From positions 96,001 to 160,000 of the forward strand of contig CAVVPN010000001.1 in assembly GCA_963750165.1 (NCBI GenBank): a DNA stretch of 64,000 nucleotides. Direction: 5' to 3'. This DNA comes from an uncultured Gemmataceae bacterium (GTDB taxonomy: Bacteria; Planctomycetota; Planctomycetia; Gemmatales; Gemmataceae). Position numbers and translations under genes: made by a program. Shown one piece after another: positions 50,656 to 59,584 of this stretch. Positions within the stretch are counted from its first letter, which is position 1. Each line of letters starts with the position of its first letter. Below the pieces are notes generated by a model. The model saw nothing but the letters and a program-made list of their open reading frames with translations, had not been told where the DNA came from and searched no databases.

Positions 50656-51033
50656 ATGGCGGAATTTGACACCGGCTTCAAGATCATGACGCGGGTGTCC
50701 GGCAGCGGCTTGACGCGGCTCGCGGGCATTGTGCAGCAACAACTGGAGCCGATCGGCGACACGCTGCAAACGACGGAGCGCCTGGCCGACCGCGCCTTCC
50801 GCGCCCGCAACGGTAACCGGCGTTTTCTCGTCTACTTCGAGGCGTAGACGCGCTGGGTGGATTCGGCGGTGGGGAGCGTGCTGGCCAAGAGCGCCCTGCT
50901 GTCGGAGCGCGAACGGCTGCCGACGCGCAGTGTGATCTTCGTGTTGCTGCCGCAGAGGTATCGCGAGCAACAGGGCATCTTCTGCCTGGAAGCAGAGGAC
51001 GCCCCTGGGACAGCTTTTGTCGTGAAGTCGTGA
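50656..51033 (+). pseudogene. Truncated gene with in-frame TAG; resembles the N-terminus of Rpn/YhgA-like (PD-(D/E)xK) proteins
   Basis: MAEFDTGFK...TTERLADRAF...FLVYFEA-TAG-TRW...ERERLPTRSVIFVLLP..., ending at TGA 51031-51033. Confidence 0.55.
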
Positions 51034-51067
51034 AAAAGCTCTATTGACCGGATGGTCCCTCCCCATT

Positions 51068-52358
51068 ATGAACCCTGCCAACCAGGAAGATTCGCCGACC
51101 ACCCATGACCAGGAAGCTGTCATGAAAGCAGAGGCAGGGCCGCTCATCATCATTGGGGCGGGGCGTTCTGGCAGTTCACTTCTCAACGAGATGCTGGGGG
51201 GCCATCCCGACATCACCATGCTCGGGGAAATGAATTTCAGTGTCCCTGCGTTGTGGCGCTGCGCCTGGGAGGTGTCGGCGGCGGCGCGACGTGCGCGGCC
51301 AGCGGCAGCAGGAGAAGCTGTTCGGAGAACTGCCGCCCCACGCCCCGGAGGAGGAGGTCTTCACCCGGGCCCGTGCAATTGAAGCCGAAGAACGCGGGCG
51401 CATCGCCGAGGTGATCCGCCATACGCTGGGGCAGATTTACTTCCCGGACGGCCCCCCGCGGCGCGTCTGGGGGTTCAAGGAAATCTGGATGACCATCGCC
51501 CGGCAGGAGGACTGGGCCATCTACGACGAGGTCTTCCCCACAGCGATGTACGCCCACCTCATCCGCCACCCGTTCGCCTTCGCGCGCTCGGTCGCCGACT
51601 GGAACCGTGTCCCCTTCAAGATCGAGTTCCTGCGGGAGCAACTCACGGCCTGGGTGGATTATCTGCACGCCAGCCGGGTGCGGATCGGGACCGGGCGGTA
51701 CTGGTTGCTCACTTACGAGGCGCTGGCGGCGGACCCGCGCGGAACTCTGACCCCGCTGCTGGAACTCCTCGGCCTTGCCTGGGACGACGGCTGCCGGGCC
51801 CCACTGGGACATGAGCACGTTCGGTCGCCGCGGCGCTCGCACTGGCCGGCCGGCGCTGCCGGTTTGACAACGGCGGTCCCGGGATTGGGGCGGTTGATGG
51901 CCGAGTTCGGTTACCGGTCGCCTCTTCGGGAAGAAGAAGGATCCGGCGCCCCCGCCGGCCCGGTCGAGGTCGCTTCCCCGATGTCGGGGGGGACCTGGCG
52001 TTTGAACCCGCCGTTCGCCGCCGACGGCCCCCGCGGTTGGGTCGTTCCATTGACCCAGGTCGCGGGTTTGCAGGGCCTGGCCGGGGTGGCGGACGACCTG
52101 GAGCATTTGCGCCGTTCGCCGCTGGCGCTGTTCGAGGCTGGCCGGCCGTTGGGCCCCGCCCACAGCCTGCATCACACCATCCGCGAAGAGGGCCGGGGAC
52201 GCTATTCGCACTGGCGCATCGGCCACGACCTGCTGTTCTCGACCTCGGATAACAGCGACCCGAACCGCAACGGCCGGGCGTATACCATCGCGGCCGACTG
52301 CCTGCGATCAGTGGCGGCCCAGTCCGCGGTCCCCAGCGGGCTTCCAGGGCTGGGTTAG
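51068..52358 (+). CDS. Sulfotransferase family protein with extra C-terminal module (frameshift near 51285)
   Basis: PAPS loop IIGAGRSGSSLL..LGGHP; WGFKE; HLIRHP..FARS; YEALAADP; C-terminal 'LGPAHSLH..IREEGRGRYSHW..LFSTSDNSDP..NGRAY'. Confidence 0.82.
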
Positions 52359-52633
52359 AATTCTTCTGCGGCAACCAAAAATAAATGATCCGCCGCCCGG
52401 GCGTCGTCTACCGTGAACCGAAACCCGCGCGGTCGGCCCTGGTCCCACACCGTCAACCCGAACCAGAAGTAGAGATCAGGACGGGCTGGATCGCGGCGAG
52501 ATCGATGACCCGCAGTGTTATTTTCCAGTTCTCGCCGCAGTCCATTTAACAGACCCAGTAACGCCTCGCGCCCCAGGCCGAAGCCATGTATAGCCCGGCT
52601 GATCTCTGGCGGCAGGATAATGGTGGGTGGCAC
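52355..52633 (-). CDS. Small hypothetical protein, possible RelE-like toxin
   Basis: GTG 52633 after AAGGAG; 92 aa; short strand, helices, then beta-strands. Confidence 0.6.
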   Translation of the reverse strand: MPPTIILPPEISRAIHGFGLGREALLGLLNGLRRELENNTAGHRSRRDPARPDLYFWFGLTVWDQGRPRGFRFTVDDARAADHLFLVAAEEF

Positions 52634-52637
52634 AGGG

Positions 52638-53171
52638 TCACTCCTTGACTGCGGGTTCTCCACGCTCCAGGCGCGAAACCAACTCGCCAATGGCCTCTCC
52701 TTCGCCGCGGTCCAGGGATGCCTGTGAACTCCAGAGCATTTCCTGATTGGCGGGCGGCGGCTCTCGGTTCAGCCACTGCACCAACTCCCGGGCCTTGACG
52801 GCCACTTCACGGGCAGCGGCCAGTTGCGGCCCCACCTCCGCGGCCGCCGCCGGGACGGCCCAGTCAGGTTGCTTCTGCCGCGTGCGCGCGATCAAGTCGC
52901 CCGTCCGCATCAGCAGTTCGACCAGGTTCAGGGCCAGGAACTCCACGGCCCGAACCCGGGACAGATAATATCCGGTTTCCCAAACACTCCCTTCCCGGGT
53001 ACAGACGCGCCAGGCCCGCTGCAACCCCGAAGTCAACTGCACGGCCCTTACCGTCAGCGTCTCCAGGCTGTGGTTTTTCTCGGACGCCAGCCCATTCTCC
53101 TCCCAGGCATAGGTGCGTTCGAGGAGTTCGAGAGCGGCGCCCACGTCCGCCGGCAGTAGCGAGGTTTCCAT
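52638..53171 (-). CDS. Hypothetical helical protein, possible antitoxin
   Basis: 177 aa; GAGGGG RBS; C-terminus 'SQASLDRGEGEAIGELVSRL'. Confidence 0.65.
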   Translation of the reverse strand: METSLLPADVGAALELLERTYAWEENGLASEKNHSLETLTVRAVQLTSGLQRAWRVCTREGSVWETGYYLSRVRAVEFLALNLVELLMRTGDLIARTRQKQPDWAVPAAAAEVGPQLAAAREVAVKARELVQWLNREPPPANQEMLWSSQASLDRGEGEAIGELVSRLERGEPAVKE

Positions 53172-53225
53172 CACTGTCCCCTCTGATTTGGAACCATCGG
53201 CCCTTGCCATTGTACCCTGCGGGCC

Positions 53226-55727
53226 TCACCGGCGCAAGCTCTCCAGCAAGCCACCCACCGCCCGCAGCGCCTGCTCCAGCACGTCCGGCGGCGGCACCGG
53301 CAGCTTGAGATACTGCTCCCCCGTCTGCTCGTCGCGCCGGACCAGCGACTGCACCAGCCCGCCCGCCGACTCCGCGCCGCCCGCGGGCTTCGGTTTGCTG
53401 GCGTCGGTCAGTTGCGTCAGCAGCGCCAGCCCCGCCTGCAACAGCCCCGTCCACGGATCGGCCGCCGGCGCCCGGCCGCAGCGCCGCGCTTCGCCGGCTT
53501 GCGACCGTCCGCCGGCCCGGCCGTCTCCCCGGCAGGCGTCCGCACCGCCTCCTCCGCGTCGTCGAGCACGCCTTCCGGGATGGCCGCCGTCGCCGCCTCG
53601 ACCGTCTCCATGAACTTGTTCAACCGGCTGCCGCCCAGGAACACGTCCTTCTCACCGCCGTCCAGCACGCCCGCGAACAGCGACTGCTTGAACTTCAGCA
53701 CGCCCAGCATGCCCTCCTCGATGGTCCCCTGCGCCACGAAATTGACCACGCGCACAGGCTGGCGCTGGCCCAGTCGGTGGACGCGACCGATGCGCTGCTC
53801 GAGCACCGCCGGGTTCCACGGCAAATCCATGTTCAGCACCACCGACGCGAACTGCAAATTCAGCCCCACGCCGCCCGCGTCCGTCGAGAGGAACACCCGG
53901 CAGTCCGGGTCATCGCGGAAGCGGTCGATCAACTCCTTACGCTTGTTGCCGGGCACGCCACCGTGGAACAGCACATGCCCCACGCCCCGCTTCTTGAGCC
54001 GGCGCACCAGCAACTCGTGCATGCGCAGCCACTGGCTGAAGACGACCACCTTGGCCCCCGGCCGCTCGCCGAGCTCTTCCAGCAGCGTCACGGCCTCGTC
54101 CGGCTTGGGGCCTTGGTCCGTCTTGTGATCGACCAGGTACGAACTGTCGCAGGCCATGCGCATCTGCTGCAGGGCCTTCATGAGCCGCTCCTTGTCCGCC
54201 TCGGTCAGAAAGCGGTAACGCCGCCACTTCTCGACGATGCGGGCGACGACCTCCAGGCCCTCGGTGTGGTACTTGCGCTGCCGCTCCGTCATGGGCACGA
54301 AGACGTTGCTGTCGATGCGCTCGGGCAACTGGTCGAGCACCTGATCCTTCTGGCGGCGCAGCAGCACCGGCTCCAGCGTCTGGCCGATGCGGTCCAGGTC
54401 ACGGTAGCCGATGACCTTGCCGTAGTCGTCGCGCACCTGGTGGTCGTGCAGCAGCCGGAAGGTCGGCCCCAGGCGGAAGCGATCCACGAACTGCACGATG
54501 GAGATCAATTCCTCCAGGCGGTTCTCCAGCGGCGTGCCGGTCAGGACGATGGCGTACGGGGCGGCGATGCGCTTGACGCTGCGGGCGACGCGCGTGCTCC
54601 AGTTCTTGATGCGCTGGGCCTCGTCGAGGATGACCAGGTCGGGACTCCAGTCCTCGATCAAATCCAGGTCCACGTGGACGGTGTCATAGTTGGTGACCTT
54701 GAAAAACGTGTCGGTGGCGAAGCCTTTCTCGCGCCGCTTGCGCAGGCCGCCGATGACCTCCACGGAGCGCGGCACAGCGCGGTCGATTTCGCGCTGCCAC
54801 TGATGCTTGAGCGAGGTCGGGCACACGATCAGCACACGACCGACGCCGAACAACCGGGCCATGATCTCCGTGGCGGCGATGGCCTGGAAGGTCTTGCCCA
54901 GGCCCATCTCGTCGCCGAGCAGGCAGCGGCCGGCGCGGGCCGCGAACAGGGCGCCCTCACGCTGGTAGTCGTACAGCGACAGCTTCACCAGGTCCTTGAA
55001 GGCGGCGCTGCGGATGCCGCGCGGGAACGCCTCGGCGACACGGCGGCGGCGCTCCTCGGCGTCGCGCACCTCGGCGACGAAGGCCAGCACGCCCTCGGCG
55101 CAGCGCAGTTCAGGGTCGAGCGGCTCTGACTCCGCCAGGAATTTTTCAAAGCGGGTAAAGGCGTCCGGCAGCAGCGCCCCGCCGGCGTCGAAGTAGTCCG
55201 CCGCCAGGCGGGCCAGCTCGGGCGTGCAGGCAGTGCCGGGCCGAAAGCGCACCTCGCGCTGCGCCGTAGTGCAGGTAGACCTCGCTGTAGGGCGGCTGGA
55301 AGCCGGCGCGCAGGACGGCGACGCCGCCGCGCTTGCGCTCCAGCGTGGCCAGCGTGAACTCGATGTGCTTGCAGGTGCCGAGCGTGTTGGTGGCAAAGTC
55401 GGGACAGGAGCAAAAGTTGTCGCCGGGTCGCGCGCCGCGGATGTGGACGCGGTAAGCGTTACGGCTGATCGGGTTGGTGACCTCGAACTCGGAGAAGATT
55501 TTCTCGGTGCCCAGGTTCTTCAGCGCGAACGGCTGCTCACGGCCGAACTGGCGGCGCAACTCGATCTGCCAGTCCTCCAGCGCCATGCCCTCGGGCTTGT
55601 GCAGCCGCGACAGTTTCGGCTTGCGCTCCTCGTCCCGTCGCTTGCCGTTGCCGGGCCCTGGTTTTTGCTGCTTCAATTTGCCTTTTTTGGTTAACGGGGC
55701 GCTGGTCTTCTTCTGCGAGTCGGGCAT
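53226..55727 (-). CDS. SNF2-family DEAD/DEAH helicase with SWIM zinc finger (frameshifts near 55258 and 53480)
   Basis: SWIM CSCPDF..CKH; LGDEMGLGKT, LDEAQRIKN, LTGTPLEN, STDAGGVGLNLQ, PWNPAVLEQRIGRVHR. Confidence 0.9.
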
Positions 55728-56086
55728 GGAGGACACTCCGGGAACCGTTGAATGCAAGCCGCCCAATCGTTGCGGCCATTGTAACCGACGATATTGCGTA
55801 ACGGCCAATCATTGAGTCATTTTCGTTCTCCACCGCACGTTACCCGCGGATTGGGGCTGCACTCCCGGCACCACCGGCACCACCGGCACACTCGGCGTCT
55901 GCGCTCCGTTGCGCCGCCCCGGCATCGGCGGCAGTGCCGGCGCGGCGGGGGCAATTCGGGCGGGCCGGGCGCTGTTCAACCCTGAACCGGAAGCCGCTGG
56001 TCGGTCGAAAAAGCGAGAAGACTGTCGCGTGCTAACCCCGGCGCGGGCTTGCCCGAGCCGAACGACCGATCATCAGTGGGGACGCT

Positions 56087-57475
56087 ATGAGGATGCAGCG
56101 CGTGAGTTGGTTGGTCCTGGGTGTCGTGCCGCTGGCCTGCCTGGGATACGTCGCCGCCCAGGAAGTGCCGAACGGCCCGCCCGTCAAGTTCACCGAGCCG
56201 CCCGTCAAGAGCAACCGGCTCGCCGCCCGCCGCACCGCCGTTGTCGAGGTTGTCGAGCGCGTCAAGGCGGCCGTCGTCAACATCCACAGCGAGCGCACCG
56301 TCGCCGGTCCCAGCGCCGAGTTCGGCACCCCCGCCCCCAGCCGCATCAACGGCATGGGCACCGGCATCATCATCGACCCGCGCGGCTACATCGTCACCAA
56401 TCATCACGTTGTCGATGACGTGAACGTGCTGCGTATCAAGCTCAGCGATGGCACGGCCACGCACGCCACCGTTGTCGCCCGCTCGCCGGAGACCGACCTG
56501 GCCCTGCTCAAGATCGACGTGGGCCGGTTGCTGCCGACCATGCCGCTCGGCTGCTCCGGCGACCTGATGCTCGGCGAACCGGTCATCGCCATCGGCAACG
56601 CCTACGGCTACGAACACACCGTTAGCTCCGGCATCATCAGTGCCATCAAGCGCGACGTGACGCTCAACAAGGAACTGTCGTACAAGCAGCTCATCCAGAC
56701 CAACGCCACGATCAACCCAGGCAACTCCGGCGGCCCGCTGCTGAACATCAATGGCGAACTGGTCGGCGTCAACGTCGCCATCCGCGCCGGCGCCCAGGGC
56801 ATCGCCTTCGCCATTCCGGTCGATCAGATGGTCGCCGTCGTCGCCGATCTGCTGAAAAGCCGCCGCCGGCACAGCACGTTCGACGGTATGACCTATCGCG
56901 ACGTGGTGCAGCCGGGGTCGGACGGTCTGGTGCGCAGCGTCATGGTGGAGCGCGTCGAGGCGGGCAGCCCGGCGGACGTGGCGGGGCTGGCGCGCGGCGA
57001 CGTGCTGGTGCAGCTGGGCGGCGTCCGCATCGACTGCGGTTACGACGTGGAGCGGGCGCTGCTCGACCGCGCCGCCGGCGACAAGGTGGTGGTGCTGGCG
57101 CGGCGGCACAACGCCGAGCAGCGCTCCGAACTGGTGCTGGCCGGGCGCGACGCCGGGCGGCCGGGCAGCACGGACCTGATCTGGCGCAAGCTGGGCGTGC
57201 GCTTCGCGACGGTCAGCGGCGAGGCCGTGACGCGGGCCAACCGCCAGCTGCACGGCGGCCTGGAGATCACCGCCCTGAGCGGCGAAGGCGCCGCCGCCCG
57301 CGCCGGGCTGAAGCGCGGCGACATCCTCGTCGGCCTGCACCAGTGGGAAACGCTGACGCCGGATAACGTCGCCTACGTGCTCGGCCATCAGGACCTGGCG
57401 ACGTTCCTGCCGCTGAGCTTCCACATCGTCCGCAGTGGTCAGGTGCGCCGCGGCTGGCTGCAGCAGCTCGACTGA
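56087..57475 (+). CDS. HtrA/DegP-like trypsin serine protease with two PDZ domains
   Basis: Signal peptide; TNHHV, DLALLK, INPGNSGGPL; 'GSPADVAGLARGD', 'AARAGLKRGD'. Confidence 0.93.
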   Translation: MRMQRVSWLVLGVVPLACLGYVAAQEVPNGPPVKFTEPPVKSNRLAARRTAVVEVVERVKAAVVNIHSERTVAGPSAEFGTPAPSRINGMGTGIIIDPRGYIVTNHHVVDDVNVLRIKLSDGTATHATVVARSPETDLALLKIDVGRLLPTMPLGCSGDLMLGEPVIAIGNAYGYEHTVSSGIISAIKRDVTLNKELSYKQLIQTNATINPGNSGGPLLNINGELVGVNVAIRAGAQGIAFAIPVDQMVAVVADLLKSRRRHSTFDGMTYRDVVQPGSDGLVRSVMVERVEAGSPADVAGLARGDVLVQLGGVRIDCGYDVERALLDRAAGDKVVVLARRHNAEQRSELVLAGRDAGRPGSTDLIWRKLGVRFATVSGEAVTRANRQLHGGLEITALSGEGAAARAGLKRGDILVGLHQWETLTPDNVAYVLGHQDLATFLPLSFHIVRSGQVRRGWLQQLD

Positions 57476-57617
57476 GCGGCGGCCCTTGCGGGCGCTGCGT
57501 GTTCAAGAACCAGGAAGCCGCGGGTGGGTGCGTTGTTGCAACGCGCTGGCCCGCGGTTCTCCCGTTGAGGGGCGGTGATGCTGCGGGACGCGCCGACACC
57601 GGAACCCAGATCGTGAA

Positions 57618-57664
57618 CCACGCCAGGCAGTGCCAGGGCGCTATCCCGGCACTGCCTGGCGTGG
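57618..57664. repeat. Palindrome between convergent genes (REP-like or terminator)
   Basis: CCACGCCAGGCAGTGCC-N13-GGCACTGCCTGGCGTGG. Confidence 0.8.
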
Positions 57665-57672
57665 CACAACTG

Positions 57673-58455
57673 CTACCGAGGTACCTGCCGCGGGACGGCC
57701 GGCACGGCCATTACGGGCGGTACCGGCGGTACCGGCAGCGGTACCGCCTGCGGCAGGGTAGGTTCCATGCTATACGTCGTTGCTGTCGGCACCCGCGCCG
57801 CCCTGGGGAAGCGCATCCCCCGCAGGTCACACAATTTCACCTGCAATTCCCCAAACTGAAACGTCTTGACCTTCAGCGCCGTCACGTTGAGCCGGCCCGA
57901 ATACTTCGCGTGCTCGGTGATCACGATGTCGTTCGGCCGCGGCCGCCAGCGCTCCGCCGGCACCGTCTCGCGCAACTTCTTCAGCACGTCGTGGACGCGG
58001 CGCGTCACCTCCGCCTCCTTCTGTCCGGCCGCCTTGAGCACATATGGAATCGCCTGCTCGCCGAGCGCGATCAGCTCGTCCGTGGCGGCCTGGCGACGCT
58101 TGAAGTCCTTGTGGCCCAGGTCGGCCACGGCGGCGCTGGCGCGCCTGGCCACGTCCTCCGGCGCCCGCCACGCCAGCTCGATGTGGTGGATGTCCTTGAC
58201 CGGAATGAGCAGCTTGCCGTGCGGCGTCTCCAGTTCGATGCGCTCGTCCTGCAGATACACCTTCATGAAGCTGTCGTCCACGAAGCTCACCTCCACCGGG
58301 TCGGGCGACTTCTTCTTGCCCGGTTTGCTGTCGCCGCCCTTGGGCGCGTCGCCGCCGGCCAGGGTCGCGGCCGGCGCCAGCGCGGCCAGCGTAACGACGG
58401 CCAGCGCCCGGCTGATCCAGAACATACGTCGTTGGGTAGGGACTGCGTACGACAT
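57673..58455 (-). CDS. Exported hypothetical protein with a HEAT-like hairpin and Pro-rich tail
   Basis: Signal peptide; 'IELETPHGKLLIP', 'DLGHKDFKRRQAATDELIALG', 'KVKTFQFGELQVKL'. Confidence 0.75.
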   Translation of the reverse strand: MSYAVPTQRRMFWISRALAVVTLAALAPAATLAGGDAPKGGDSKPGKKKSPDPVEVSFVDDSFMKVYLQDERIELETPHGKLLIPVKDIHHIELAWRAPEDVARRASAAVADLGHKDFKRRQAATDELIALGEQAIPYVLKAAGQKEAEVTRRVHDVLKKLRETVPAERWRPRPNDIVITEHAKYSGRLNVTALKVKTFQFGELQVKLCDLRGMRFPRAARVPTATTYSMEPTLPQAVPLPVPPVPPVMAVPAVPRQVPR

Positions 58456-58545
58456 GATGCCTCCAAGCACGTGTGGGACTTCCTGATCCAAACAACGCCT
58501 GAGTCGGAATAGGTGGAAATATCTTCCGCAGACCCGGCGGTGGCG

Positions 58546-58791
58546 TCAATGGCAGTTCTGGCGTTGCCCTTGATGATCGGGGCCGAGAAACCCCTCGCGC
58601 GCCAGCATGTCCTCGACCAACCGCCGCAGTAACTGGCCGGTGGTCAGGCCGCGGCAGCTGGCCGCCGCGACCAACGCCGCCAGGTGCTCGCTCAGCAACC
58701 ACAGCGTGATCTCCTGCACCACACCGTCAGGGCCCAGATCGCCAGGAACTGCCAGGCGACCGTTCGAAAACGTCTTGGGAGCCATCGTCAA
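58546..58791 (-). CDS. Small hypothetical protein, possible ribbon-helix-helix
   Basis: 'VQEITLWL..EHLAALVAAASCRGLTTGQLLRRLVEDML'; strand-helix-helix pattern. Confidence 0.55.
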   Translation of the reverse strand: MTMAPKTFSNGRLAVPGDLGPDGVVQEITLWLLSEHLAALVAAASCRGLTTGQLLRRLVEDMLAREGFLGPDHQGQRQNCH

Positions 58792-59221
58792 CCTCGCTGC
58801 GCTTGGAAACGGGGATGCCGTCCTTGACAGCGTTCAGGTTCTCGTAATGGGGGCCGGTGTAAAACTCCAGCAGCCTCCGTAGCCCGTCCGGGTCCACGGG
58901 CTTCACCAGGTGGCAGTCGCAGCCGGCGTCGCGCGATTGCTGGAAATCGCGGTCCCGCGCGTGGCCGGTGACGGCGATCAGCAGCGCCACCGCCACGCTC
59001 CGCTGCCGGCGTAGACATCGGGCCAGATCGTGGCCGTCCATGCCCGGCATCTCCAGGTCGAGCAGCACGGCGTGCGGCAGAAATTGCTCCGCGACCTCCA
59101 GGGCCGTCAGGCCGTCGTTGGCCACCCGCACGTCGTAGCCCCACAGGCGCAGCAGTTCCTCCATTGACCACGTGGTATCGTGGCAATCGTCCACCACCAG
59201 TACTCGGCATGGTTGAAGCAT
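58727..59221 (-). CDS. Single-domain response regulator (CheY-like)
   Basis: VLVVDD, LLDLEMPGMDG, IAVTG, HLVKPVD. Confidence 0.9.
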   Translation of the reverse strand: MLQPCRVLVVDDCHDTTWSMEELLRLWGYDVRVANDGLTALEVAEQFLPHAVLLDLEMPGMDGHDLARCLRRQRSVAVALLIAVTGHARDRDFQQSRDAGCDCHLVKPVDPDGLRRLLEFYTGPHYENLNAVKDGIPVSKRSEVDDGSQDVFERSPGSSWRSGP

Positions 59222-59584
59222 GGCGATCACCTTGGGCCCGGCATGGGTCGGTGCTGGGCCGCCGGTTTGGGGAACTTCGCTGGTCAGGGGAAACAGGCGC
59301 CGGACGGTCGGCGTCAGGGTTTCGTTGCCCCTCTACCCCCGGTCGAGAGGGTTGTGAAGTGAGGAGAGCCCCCAGGGCTCGTTGAGTTCGGAGGAGTAGC
59401 CATCCGTCGGGAATGGATGCTTTCTGATAGTGTATCCGGTGGGAGAGCACCTGCAAGGCGCCCCTGGAGCAAAAAACCACTTGGCCGCCGCCGCGCACGG
59501 GAATAGGATCATCCTTAGAAACGCCTTCACTCTTAACAATGCGCTTACGTTGGTTATCTATCCAACCCTGGAAGTTGCGCCTCT

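Noticed and set aside
50845..50847. In-frame TAG as pyrrolysine or stop-codon recoding
   Set aside because: No pyl genes or methyltransferase context; the ORF is truncated soon after; TAG ends other genes normally in this window (e.g. 21889, 29901).
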